Assembly (NCBI GenBank): GCA_031254635.1
Contig: JAIRUB010000153.1
Coordinates: forward strand, 1-43,669
Direction of reading: 5' to 3'
Length of the DNA: 43,669 bases
Source: Prevotellaceae bacterium
GTDB taxonomy: Bacteria; Bacteroidota; Bacteroidia; Bacteroidales; UBA932
Shown here piece after piece: positions 19,729 through 28,910 of this stretch. The position numbers and the translations under genes are program-made. The notes under the pieces were generated by a model. It saw nothing but the letters and a program-made list of their open reading frames with translations, was not told the DNA's origin and ran no database searches. Numbering within the stretch: the first letter of the stretch is position 1; each line of letters begins with the position of its first letter.

Positions 19729-21505
19729 ATGCATAAAAACCTATCTCATTATATTACCTCAATGGAGCGCAACGGTGACCTCATCCGCATCAGGGAATTT
19801 GTTGACCCTGTGTTGGAAATGACTGAAATTGCCGATCGTATGGCGAAAAGTTCCAAAGGGGGAAAAGCGCTGCTCTTCGAAAATACCGGCACCGATTTTC
19901 CTGTACTGATGAATATGATGGGCTCCGAGCAACGAATGTGCCAAGTGTTAGGCGTAAGCGACTATGACGATATACGCAAACGTATAGACAGTTTATTCAA
20001 TGCCTTATTATCGCCCAAACAAGGCCTGTGGGACAAATTGAAACTCCTACCCACATTAAAGCAAGCTGCCCAATGGACTCCTCGGGTGGTTCGCAAACGC
20101 GGCGCTTGCCAAGAAGTAGTGATGAAGAATCCTCAACTTTCACGTTTACCTATTTTGAAATGCTGGCCCCATGATGGTGGACGATTTATCACCTTACCCA
20201 TGGTACATACTAAAGACCCGACTACCGGCGTACGTAATGTGGGCATGTACCGTATGCAAGTGTTTTCAGACAGCACTACAGGTATGCATTGGCATAAACA
20301 TAAAACAGGAGCAAGACATTTTAGTGAATTCAAAATTCCCGGTGATGGTGGCGCTGGGGGGCGATCCGGTGTATAGCTACTGCGCTACTGCGCCCATGCC
20401 TGATAATATGGACGAATATCTGCTGGCTGGCTTTCTGCGCAACAAAGCGGTAGAATTGGTGCCTTGCCGGACTCAACCCTTGGAAGTGCCCGCCAATGCC
20501 GATTTCATTATTGAAGGTTATATTGATGTGGATGAGCCATTAGTAACCGAAGGTACCTTTGGCGACCACACAGGCTTCTATTCTTTGGAAGATGAATACC
20601 CGCTCTTTCATGTTACAGCTATCACCCATCGCCGCAATGCGGTATATCCGGCTACTGTGGTTGGCATTCCGCCGCAGGAAGATGCTTATATGGGACAGGC
20701 ATCCGAGAAAATTTTTCTATCACCCATTCGTTTAGCTATAGCACCCGAAGTACGCGACATTCACATCCCTTTCGAAGGGACTGGGCATAATATCGTATTG
20801 GTAAAAATCAATCAGCAATATCAAGGACAGCCCATAAAAGTAGCTCATGCATTGTGGGGTGCCGGACAAATGATGTTCAACAAAATGATGATTGTTGTTG
20901 ATGATGATATAAACCTTAGCGATTATCAAGCCGTGATACAGGCTATAGAAAAACACTACCGTCCCGAGTACGACACCTATTTCAGCCGCGGCCCCTTGGA
21001 TGTATTAGACCACTCCACCGCTACCCCCGGCTTTGGCGAAAAAATGTGCATCGACGCCACAAGAAAAATTAAGAATGAAGAATTGAGAATTGAGAGTGAA
21101 ACGCTCCAACAGCCCAACGTCATTGCAAGGAGGCCGCAGGCCGACGAAGCAAACTCGTCATATACAGGTTCTCTTAATTTGAAACTCTCAATTTTGTTTG
21201 ACGAAGAAGTTGACACTTCCGACTTTTCTACCTGTGTATGGCTGCTCGGCAATAATGTTGACCCTGCCCGCGACTGTAAGATTGAGGCTGGTAAACTCAT
21301 CATTGACGCACGTAGTAAGATTACCAATGATATATCTACAAATCTTCAATTGCCGCAACGCTGGCCCAACATTGTTTGTATGGATGCTGCTACTATAGCG
21401 GCAGTAGATAAAAAATGGGATAAATTAGGCTTAGGCCCTTTGTTCCTTTCACCTTCGTTAAAATTTCAAAGATTAGTACGTAAGGGAGGAGTGCGGGTCT
21501 GCTGA
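19729..21505 (+). pseudogene. UbiD-family (menaquinone-biosynthesis-type) decarboxylase, frameshifted
   Basis: The N-part (frame 1) runs MHKNLSHYITSMERNGDLIRI...MHWHKHKTGARHFSEFK. The C-part (frame 2) runs FPVMVALGGDPVYSYCATAPMPDNMDEYLLAGFLR...NNVDPARD. The two join if one A of the A4 run at 20332-20335 is skipped. Confidence 0.85.
21081..21193 (+). repeat. palindrome-closed repeat element inserted in frame in the UbiD-family gene
   Basis: Tandem AATTGAG x2 at 21081-21094. AATTGAGAGT (21088-21097) is the exact reverse complement of ACTCTCAATT (21184-21193). The internal CCAACAGCCCAACGTCATTGCAAGG (21106-21130) matches 29536-29560 at 22 of 25 nt. Confidence 0.7.
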
Positions 21506-21638
21506 ACTTGATTCAGTGCCGCAATGAGAGTTGCGAATGAATAACTGATAATCGCATATCCTGATACTTACATCTTGATACCTGATACCAAAAACAAATC
21601 GCTTCATGCTTAACGTCTAATATTTCACGATAAATCAA

Positions 21639-21845
21639 CTAATTTCCGCTAACAATCTCCGATAATTTGGCACGCAGTTCGTTGGCGCCGCTCAAACAGA
21701 TAATATCCCCATGCTCAGCCACAGAGATGCAGCCGGTTTCGGAATAAGTGTCTAACAGCGAATCGCGTGTTATTAATATCAGCGCTCCGATGCGATATTC
21801 CGATATATCGCGACAAGCTCTGGTAATAGCATCAATATTCATAGT
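21639..21845 (-). pseudogene. diadenylate cyclase (DAC/DisA_N domain) fragment
   Basis: NIDAITRACRDISEYRIGALILITRDSLLDTYSETG jumps directly to ISVAEHGDIICLSGANEL. This resembles CdaA with the catalytic middle (DGA...RHR) and the N-terminal TM region missing. Confidence 0.4.
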
Positions 21846-22176
21846 CTTTAGCCAATCGTCTAAAATCTTCAAGCCACGAAACAGTACTTTCAATAATCCA
21901 CCATCTATGTAACGGTTTGAAGCCTGTTTCTTTGTTGGAACCTAACGTTACTACCATATTCCATCCTAATTGTTGTTTCACATCATTGATCAACTCCCCT
22001 CTATACCCGCCATCAGCATAAATTGTTTGCATCCTCTCGAAGCGATACCGAAGTGTGCCCAAAACTTCAAAGCCTGTTCGACTGTCGTGTTCGTTGGCAG
22101 CATGAACGACTGCAGATAAAAGCCATCCATTCGTATCGGTAATAAAATGAATGTTTTCGTTTTCTTCCTTTGCCAT
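21832..22176 (-). mobile_element. IS5-family DDE transposase fragment (C-terminal part)
   Basis: FITDTNGWLLSAVVHAANEHDSRTGFEVL...IYADGGYRGE...IESTVSWLEDFRRLAKDYEY. No N-terminal domain and a non-native start. Confidence 0.7.
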
Positions 22177-22260
22177 CTAAATTTTCTATAACTTGCTATT
22201 GGCTACAAAAATACCTGTATATCAATAAACTATTACGGAATAGAAAATTTAAAATTTACA

Positions 22261-22590
22261 ATGAATTTAATTCCTGACGCATTTATATTGAATGAAGTTA
22301 GTATTAAGGCAAAAAAACCGACAATTAAAATAAACAGTGAAAATAATATTTCTATAAACATAGAAAACACTAAATTAGCAGAAGTCGAAAGTCTTAATGA
22401 TCTATTAAAATTTTTACCCGGAGTTATTGTTACTCCAAAAGGAATACAAGTTTTTGGAAGTTCTGATTATACATATATGATAAATGGAAAAGAAAATATT
22501 TCACAACTTGAAATTAGTGTATTAAGACCCGAAGATATTAAAGAAATAGAAGTAATAACCTCTAATGCAAAATTTGACGCCACAAAAAAA
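22261..22590 (+). pseudogene. outer-membrane beta-barrel / TonB-receptor-like plug fragment
   Basis: LNEVSIKAKKP...SLNDLLKFLPGVIVTPKGIQVFGSSDYTYMINGKEN...IKEIEVITSNAKFDATKKYA is an N-terminal plug-like region only. The barrel is absent. Confidence 0.45.
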
Positions 22591-22988
22591 TATGCAATAT
22601 CCCTGTATTTTACATTGGCACAAAAATCATTTTGTTGTTTTACAGAGAATTAGGAAAAATATTTTTACCGGAAAATATAAATTTCATATTGCAGACCCAA
22701 ATCATGGAATAATAAAATTATCAGAATTTTTATCCGCTTGGCAAAACGAAGATAATAGAGGTATTGTAATGTTTTTCCACAAAAATGAAAATTTTGTTAA
22801 GCGTGAAAAAGAAAAAAATAAACAATCTTCCATTAAATCAACCTTTAAATATTTGTCCCCATATATCTACAGTAAAAAATGCTGACAAAATTGTTGTTCT
22901 TGAAAACGGAAAAATCGCAGAAGTCGGCACACATAGCGAACTTGCATCCTTAAAAGGAAAATATTTTGAATTAGTTAAAAATCAGTAG
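22565..22988 (+). pseudogene. peptidase-C39 ABC exporter (bacteriocin-type) remnant with large internal deletion
   Basis: C39 C-half: YPCILHWHKNHFVVLQRIRKN..FHIADPNHGIIKLSEFLSAWQ. After a frame change it joins directly to the ABC C-terminus STVKNADKIVVLENGKIAEVGTHSELASLKGKYFELVKNQ*. Confidence 0.6.
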
Positions 22989-23044
22989 GTTGTTTGGCTA
23001 ATTTATTTCATATCTTTGTGATTATCAATCAAATAATTACCAAG

Positions 23045-23294
23045 ATGCATAAAATAAATTATCCAACTAACCTGACTGAGAAACAATGGCAAGTTATAGA
23101 AAATATTTTAGATGGCAAAGTAAGAAATAGAAAACATTCATTACGAGAGATTTTCAATTGAGAAAATGATGGTACATTTTATTACCGATACGAATGGAGG
23201 GCTTTTATCTGCAGTCGTTCATGCTGCCAACGAACACGACAGTCAAATAGGCTTTGATGTAATGAATACACCGTATCTTCCAGTATCGCAATGA
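23045..23294 (+). mobile_element. IS5-family transposase fragments (N-terminus plus internal piece)
   Basis: MHKINYPTNLTEKQWQVIENILDGKVRNRKHSLREIFN* is followed by MMVHFITDTNGGLLSAVVHAANEHDSQIGFDVMNT. The second piece is paralogous to, and inverted relative to, the fragment at 21832-22176. Confidence 0.65.
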
Positions 23295-23386
23295 TATTCT
23301 TAGCTTTTATTATGCTTGCCTTCAATAAAATTTCTTGAATTTATAATTTAAACAGTTATTGAATTAAATTTTTAAATTAAAAAGAT

Positions 23387-23394
23387 TATCTTTG
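23387..23394 (+). promoter_or_regulatory. -7 box TATCTTTG
   Basis: Exact TAnnTTTG match upstream of the lipoprotein gene starting at 23449. Confidence 0.4.
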
Positions 23395-23448
23395 TACAAC
23401 ATTTCAACGACAGTATAACAATTGAATAACTATAAAACAAAACCAACC

Positions 23449-25494
23449 ATGAAATCAACGCTCATAATTTGCCTAAGCGCGCTGCTGCTGGGCGCCTGCT
23501 CTCAACAAAACGAAAAAAGTAAATCTATGCTACAACAAGATGCTAAAATAGTAACGCGGGTAATTGACGCCTTGCAGTCGCAATATCCCGATTTGAATAC
23601 AGAACGTGCCCAAAAAGGTGTAGAGCAGGCGGCCGCTCTTTGGTACACCACCGACGGCTCGGCTGACGAGTTTCTCAATTTTTGTATCAACAATTACGTG
23701 AATGATGACGCTCAGCGTGAACAATTCTTTAATAGTATTTCCGACAAATTGGAAATATTAATCGGCTATTTTAATAAAATGTCAGTCCTCCTGAAAGAGC
23801 CTGTTCACATGGTTGGCGGAGAATTACAGCCTATTGATTATGAAATGGCTGCTTACCAAGTGTCGGCACATTTCAATGATGACATGTTTGCTTCCAAGAT
23901 TGCTTTTATGGTGATTATAAATTTCCCCTCCTACTGTTTGGGGGCTAAAGAGATGTTGGGTGAAAATTGGACTCGAAAGGAATGGGGCTATGCGCGCTTA
24001 GGCGATATGTTTACCTCGCGAGTGCCGGCTAATATCCAACAAGAGGTAGCCACGGCTGAATCGAATGCCGACAACTACATTTCCGATTATAATATCATGA
24101 TGGGGCATCTGCTTAATGAGGCAGGGGAAAAGCTTTTTCCGGAAAACATGTCGCTCATTTCTCACTGGAATTTGCGCGATGAGTTAAAATCAAATTATAG
24201 TGATGCGCAACGCGGCCTCGAAAAACAACGTATGATTTATACGGTGATGAAGCGTATAATTACCCAGGAAATTCCGGAAATAGTAATTAATAATGCAAAT
24301 GTTGATTATGCCCCGATAAGCAACAAGGTGTTTGATGGTGACAAGGAAATTACGGCTAAACCTGAGCCTGACACTCGCTATGCTATGATACTCGGCAATT
24401 TTAAAGCTTTACAAAAAGAAGACCCTTATATTCCCGAAATGCCTACATTTATTCAGAGAGCATACGAAGGTGAAAAGGAATTTTCAAAAGAAGAAATCAG
24501 GGATATGTTTACCCGCTTCATTGCTTCGCCGGAAGTAGCAGCAATAGCAGGCTTAATTAAACAACGTTTGGGCCGCGAATTGGAGCCTTTCGATATTTGG
24601 TACGACGGCTTTAAATCGCGCAGCAGTATCCCCGAAGACCTGATGAGTGAGAAAACCCAAAAATTGTATTCCGATGCAGCAGCTTTTGAGCGCAACCTTG
24701 TACCAATGCTTGTAAAGTTGGGCTTTACATTGGCCGATGCACAGCGTATTTGTAGCAAAATTCGGGTAGATGCTGCCCGTGGATCAGGCCATGCCTGGGG
24801 CGCTGGAATGAAAGGCGACCAGGCCCGTCTTCGTACCCGCCTGCCGGCAACCGGTATGGATTATAAAGGTTACAATATCGCTATACACGAATTCGGACAC
24901 AATGTAGAGCAAACCATTAGCCTTTATGATGTCGATTATTATATGATGAATGGCGTTCCGAATACAGCTTTTACTGAGGCTTTGGCCTTTGTTTTTCAGA
25001 AACGCGACCTGCAAATTTTAGGTATGAAAGATGATAACCCCAATAAGGAAGCACTGATGGTATTAGATGTTGTTTGGGGTTGTTATGAAATTATGGGAGT
25101 TGCTTTGGTTGATATTGCTGTATGGGAATGGATGTATGCTAATCCTAAAGCCACGCCTGCACAATTGAAAGATAATGTGGTACGTATTGCTAAAGAAATA
25201 TGGAACGCTTATTATGCGCCGTTGCTGGGAGAAGAAGACTCACCTATTCTATCTATCTATTCGCACATGATTAGCAATCCGCTATACTTGGCCAACTATC
25301 CGCTGGGACACCTGATAGAACTTCAGTTGGAAGCTTATTTACAGGGAAAGTCTTTTGCAGATGAAGTGTTGCGCATGTTCCGATTAGGCCGCCTTACCCC
25401 GCAAATGTGGATGAAAGAAGCTGTGGGAGCCGAATTAAGCATTGAGCCAACTCTCCGTGCCACTGCCGCTGCCGTTGCAAAACTTGCAAATTGA
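23449..25494 (+). CDS. putative zinc metallopeptidase lipoprotein (HEXXH)
   Basis: The start is taken at MKSTLIICLSALLLGACSQ (lipobox). It has a single HEFGH motif (AIHEFGHNVEQ). The family could not be resolved by eye. Confidence 0.75.
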   Translation: MKSTLIICLSALLLGACSQQNEKSKSMLQQDAKIVTRVIDALQSQYPDLNTERAQKGVEQAAALWYTTDGSADEFLNFCINNYVNDDAQREQFFNSISDKLEILIGYFNKMSVLLKEPVHMVGGELQPIDYEMAAYQVSAHFNDDMFASKIAFMVIINFPSYCLGAKEMLGENWTRKEWGYARLGDMFTSRVPANIQQEVATAESNADNYISDYNIMMGHLLNEAGEKLFPENMSLISHWNLRDELKSNYSDAQRGLEKQRMIYTVMKRIITQEIPEIVINNANVDYAPISNKVFDGDKEITAKPEPDTRYAMILGNFKALQKEDPYIPEMPTFIQRAYEGEKEFSKEEIRDMFTRFIASPEVAAIAGLIKQRLGRELEPFDIWYDGFKSRSSIPEDLMSEKTQKLYSDAAAFERNLVPMLVKLGFTLADAQRICSKIRVDAARGSGHAWGAGMKGDQARLRTRLPATGMDYKGYNIAIHEFGHNVEQTISLYDVDYYMMNGVPNTAFTEALAFVFQKRDLQILGMKDDNPNKEALMVLDVVWGCYEIMGVALVDIAVWEWMYANPKATPAQLKDNVVRIAKEIWNAYYAPLLGEEDSPILSIYSHMISNPLYLANYPLGHLIELQLEAYLQGKSFADEVLRMFRLGRLTPQMWMKEAVGAELSIEPTLRATAAAVAKLAN

Positions 25495-25530
25495 CGGATC
25501 TATTGTGAAGCGTAAGATGTAAAGTATAAA

Positions 25531-25764
25531 ATGATTTTAAGAAAAGCGATTTTTTCGGAATTGCCGGTTATTTGGAATATCTTACAGCAGGCTATTGAAC
25601 AAAGAAAAGAAGAGGGCAGCGAACAATGGCAAGATGGTTATCCCAATGAACAATCCATTTATGACGACATAAGCAAGGAATATGCTTATGTGCTTACCGG
25701 AGATAATGCGATTCTTGCTTACGCTGCTATTATTTTAGGTAGTGTTTCAAAACAGCTGAATTAA
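25531..25764 (+). pseudogene. GNAT N-acetyltransferase, 3'-truncated
   Basis: The 77-aa ORF matches only the N-terminal third of a GNAT (MILRKAIFSELPVIWNILQQAIEQRKEEGSEQWQDGYP). An IS remnant follows. Confidence 0.5.
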
Positions 25765-25924
25765 TAATATTTTCCTGTTTTGAAATAATGCTTTTCGTTA
25801 TATATCCCTATCAGTTTATCATGTAATTCTTCGTTTGTTGAGAAGCATATAGTTTTTCATATTATTGTATACAACTCAATATAAATCAATAGATTGACAG
25901 TTATTGTTGGTTAATTTTTGAAAC

Positions 25925-26150
25925 TAAGTCGCTTGCTTATCCCTGAATTTTTCTATTTTGACATCAGTCGGATATTGGCAATGAAATCGTATTCTCGGGG
26001 CAATGCACGGCAGCTACAAAAAGTTTCAACATCTTCAAAATAAATTTGTTGGGATTTGAATTTTATGTGCTGAATAGCCATAAATAAGGTTTGAACCACC
26101 TGTTTTTGAGTTGAAGTTAAATCTTTAAATTGTAAATTCGTCAATCACCC
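25925..26150 (-). mobile_element. IS5/IS1182-like transposase 3' remnant (approximate)
   Basis: The minus strand at 25926-25955 reads AAAATTCAGGGATAAGCAAGCGACTTAG, close to GAAAAGTTCAGAGATAAGCAAGCGGCTTAG at the end of the 12.3-12.9 kb remnant. The peptide ...ANIRLM..EKFRDKQAT* matches ANAIRMIAKAEKFRDKQAA*. Confidence 0.5.
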
Positions 26151-26155
26151 TTCAC

Positions 26156-28819
26156 CTACTTTATCACCGCTCCTTCAATCAAATTCTGCGCTTGTTTTTC
26201 GGCTTCATCATTTAGTTGTTGGGCTTTCTTTTCGGCCTCGTCTTTCAACTTTTGAGCTGCTGCTTCCGCTGCTTTCACCGCTGCTGCCTTAGCTAAAGCA
26301 TTAGTGGTTTTGTTGGCTTCATCAATTAATCGCTGTCCTTGTTTTTCGGCTTCGGCGATTAACAACTCACCTGCTTTTTGGGCTTCTTCCTTAATTTTTT
26401 CTGTCTGTTTCAGCAACTCTTCGCTAATTGCCTTGTTGGCTTCTGCTTTAACTCCATCCACAGCCTGGTTAACCATCTCTTTAGTATTTAATTCGACCTT
26501 CGGATTTTTGAAAGTTCCCTTGATTGTTGCGCTGCCCACAAGTTTGCCAATGGTGCCTGTTAACGTATTTTTAGGAAGGTCAATATTACATTTATAGTCG
26601 ATAGTCTGGTCGAAACCAGTAGAACCCGACAAGTTTAGCTTGCCAACCCCGGTATTAACATCAAAAGGTTTGGTACGCACACGGCCGTCTTTCATATCAA
26701 AATCAATTTTTAAATCTTTGATGGAAAGGGTAGAAAGCTTGTCGTTATTCAGGGCTTTAGCTAAGGCATTTAAAGCGGTTACATTCTGCACCTTTACATC
26801 TTGTGACTGCAATAAGCCGGCCGCCGCTAAACTCTGTAAATTAGGCGACATACTTTCGTTTAAAGTAGTATTCAGATTTAATTTCATGGAATAAATTCCA
26901 CTCATGTTTTCAAAAATGGGGCTTAGTTGTTTTACTAAATCTAAGGACTTAAAAGTTTCTGCAAAAGCAGCATTTTTGATATCTATGCCCATATTTACCT
27001 CCGGATTTTTCGGGTCCTTAGCTGTGCTATAATAACCATTCAATACAATAGTTCCGGCAAAGGCATTGGTCGAAAAATTTTTCAAATCAACCTTGCCGTC
27101 TTTTACTATAATTTGTCCCTCGGTGTTTTTCATGTGAAGTTTGTCGAATATTACTTCATTCATCTTCGCTGTCATAGTGAAATCAATGTTTTTAGGGACT
27201 ACAAAAGCGCTCATAGACGAAGTTGTATCAGTAGTGGTTTCATCTTTTGAAGCATTACCCATAAAATCGTTCAGGTTCAAATAATTGGATTTTATATTCA
27301 ATGCGCCTTTTAAAATGGCATCGGCCAACAGGTATGGAATAAAATTTTCTAAACGTCCGTTGGCGGCAATATCATTTTCCCCGATAATCACATTCAATCC
27401 GCTGAGCTCAACAAATTTCGGAGAAAATTGCAAAGAAGCCTGAGCAATCTGTACATCGGGCATGTTGGCCGATTTGTAAAGCATGTCTTTCAGTTGTAAC
27501 AGTCCGGCTGCCGAAATATTTTCATATTGATTTTTTTCTATGTGCGACATTTTAAGGGAGAAGTTTAAGGACGCTGTCAGCAATCCATTCAGCGAGGTGC
27601 CTTCTTCTAAAGGATACACTTCTTTTAAATGATTAAAATCAATTTTTCCGTTTACAGCGCCCTTTATGGACATATCACTCACCGGCGTAACTATTGCCAT
27701 GGTAGCATTAAAAGGATTACCGGCCATTTCTACATGAAATTTGCGTACGTCAATAGTCGTAAGGTCAGCTATTCCGCCGGGGTTGGCTATTTGCACATCA
27801 ATACCGACATTGTCTACCGATTTCGGCAAATCAGGATATTGGAAGCGGCCATTGTCAACCAACAATTTCACATCAAACATTGGCAGCAGGCCGCCGAGCA
27901 TCTTACCCTTGGCTAATGCGGCTAATTGCACATTGCCGGAAGCTTTCAGGTCTGCAAAATTTTTGACATAAATGGCCGGAATCAAGGATAACAACTGTTT
28001 AAAATCAACCTTTGAAGTGTTCAACCGCACATCCATTTCATAACCCTCATCAAGCATAGCCACCCAGCCGTTGATACCGGCTTCGATGGCATTCAGGCGC
28101 AGGCTGTTTTTGTCGAAGATATATTTTCCATTTTTCAAGTCGGCATTAATATTCAGAAGCATTGCAATTTCTGCTTTGTTTAAATAAGGAACACCGCTCA
28201 CCGCAAAGGTCAAAGCCTTAATGGTGGCCTCGCTTTTAATGGCTGTCTGTTCGGCTGTCATATCGCCCGAAAGCGAAAGTTGTAGGTTGTTGATGGCAGC
28301 CGACATTTTAGCCTGTTCGTTACGATAAAAAATATTTGCTTTATTAATTGTTAAATTTTTCAACGACAATTTTATTGAACTTAAAGTAGTATCTTCGGAC
28401 ACCGGTGTTTCGGCATCCTCGCTTGCTTTCATGATATCCCAATTAGCCTTGCCGTCAACCAGCACAATAGCATTTACCATAGGTTGGTCGAGCAAAACTT
28501 TGGTAATTTCATAACCGGAACTGCCGAAAATACTCATAAGATTTACCGTTACCGAAATTTTATTCGCAAAAACCAAAGTGTCGCCCTCAAATTCACTTTG
28601 CCCGATAATTGAGAAGTCGTGCAGGCTAATCGTAGCTCTGGGGAAGTTGCGGATAAAACTCAGGCTTAGTTTATCAAACTCCAAGGTGGCATTCAGTTGC
28701 TTGTTCGCCTCTTTTTTTACAAAATCGACTATTTTACCCTGAAACACAAAGGGCAAGAGCAATAAAAGCAGCACTAAGCCCAAGAGGCTGAGACCAGTAA
28801 TTTTCAGTACTTTTTTCAT
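26156..28819 (-). CDS. AsmA family outer-membrane biogenesis protein
   Basis: 887-aa ORF with an N-terminal anchor (ITGLSLLGLVLLLLLLPFVF) and a long beta-rich body. The start VDFVKKEANKQLNATLEFDKLSLSFIRNFPRATISL is AsmA-like. The C-terminal tail is an A/E/K-rich coiled coil. Confidence 0.82.
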   Translation of the reverse strand: MKKVLKITGLSLLGLVLLLLLLPFVFQGKIVDFVKKEANKQLNATLEFDKLSLSFIRNFPRATISLHDFSIIGQSEFEGDTLVFANKISVTVNLMSIFGSSGYEITKVLLDQPMVNAIVLVDGKANWDIMKASEDAETPVSEDTTLSSIKLSLKNLTINKANIFYRNEQAKMSAAINNLQLSLSGDMTAEQTAIKSEATIKALTFAVSGVPYLNKAEIAMLLNINADLKNGKYIFDKNSLRLNAIEAGINGWVAMLDEGYEMDVRLNTSKVDFKQLLSLIPAIYVKNFADLKASGNVQLAALAKGKMLGGLLPMFDVKLLVDNGRFQYPDLPKSVDNVGIDVQIANPGGIADLTTIDVRKFHVEMAGNPFNATMAIVTPVSDMSIKGAVNGKIDFNHLKEVYPLEEGTSLNGLLTASLNFSLKMSHIEKNQYENISAAGLLQLKDMLYKSANMPDVQIAQASLQFSPKFVELSGLNVIIGENDIAANGRLENFIPYLLADAILKGALNIKSNYLNLNDFMGNASKDETTTDTTSSMSAFVVPKNIDFTMTAKMNEVIFDKLHMKNTEGQIIVKDGKVDLKNFSTNAFAGTIVLNGYYSTAKDPKNPEVNMGIDIKNAAFAETFKSLDLVKQLSPIFENMSGIYSMKLNLNTTLNESMSPNLQSLAAAGLLQSQDVKVQNVTALNALAKALNNDKLSTLSIKDLKIDFDMKDGRVRTKPFDVNTGVGKLNLSGSTGFDQTIDYKCNIDLPKNTLTGTIGKLVGSATIKGTFKNPKVELNTKEMVNQAVDGVKAEANKAISEELLKQTEKIKEEAQKAGELLIAEAEKQGQRLIDEANKTTNALAKAAAVKAAEAAAQKLKDEAEKKAQQLNDEAEKQAQNLIEGAVIK

Positions 28820-28879
28820 AAGAACGAGAAATTAAAAGTTTATACTTAATTTATATAGAAAGGATAAAGATACGGTTTT

Positions 28880-28910
28880 TTTGTAAATGTCGAAAATTTG
28901 TTTATCTTTG
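28880..28910 (+). promoter_or_regulatory. consensus Bacteroidota promoter with no annotated downstream gene
   Basis: TTTG at 28880-28883, an exact 19-nt spacer, then TATCTTTG at 28903-28910. It points away from both minus-strand neighbours. Confidence 0.45.
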
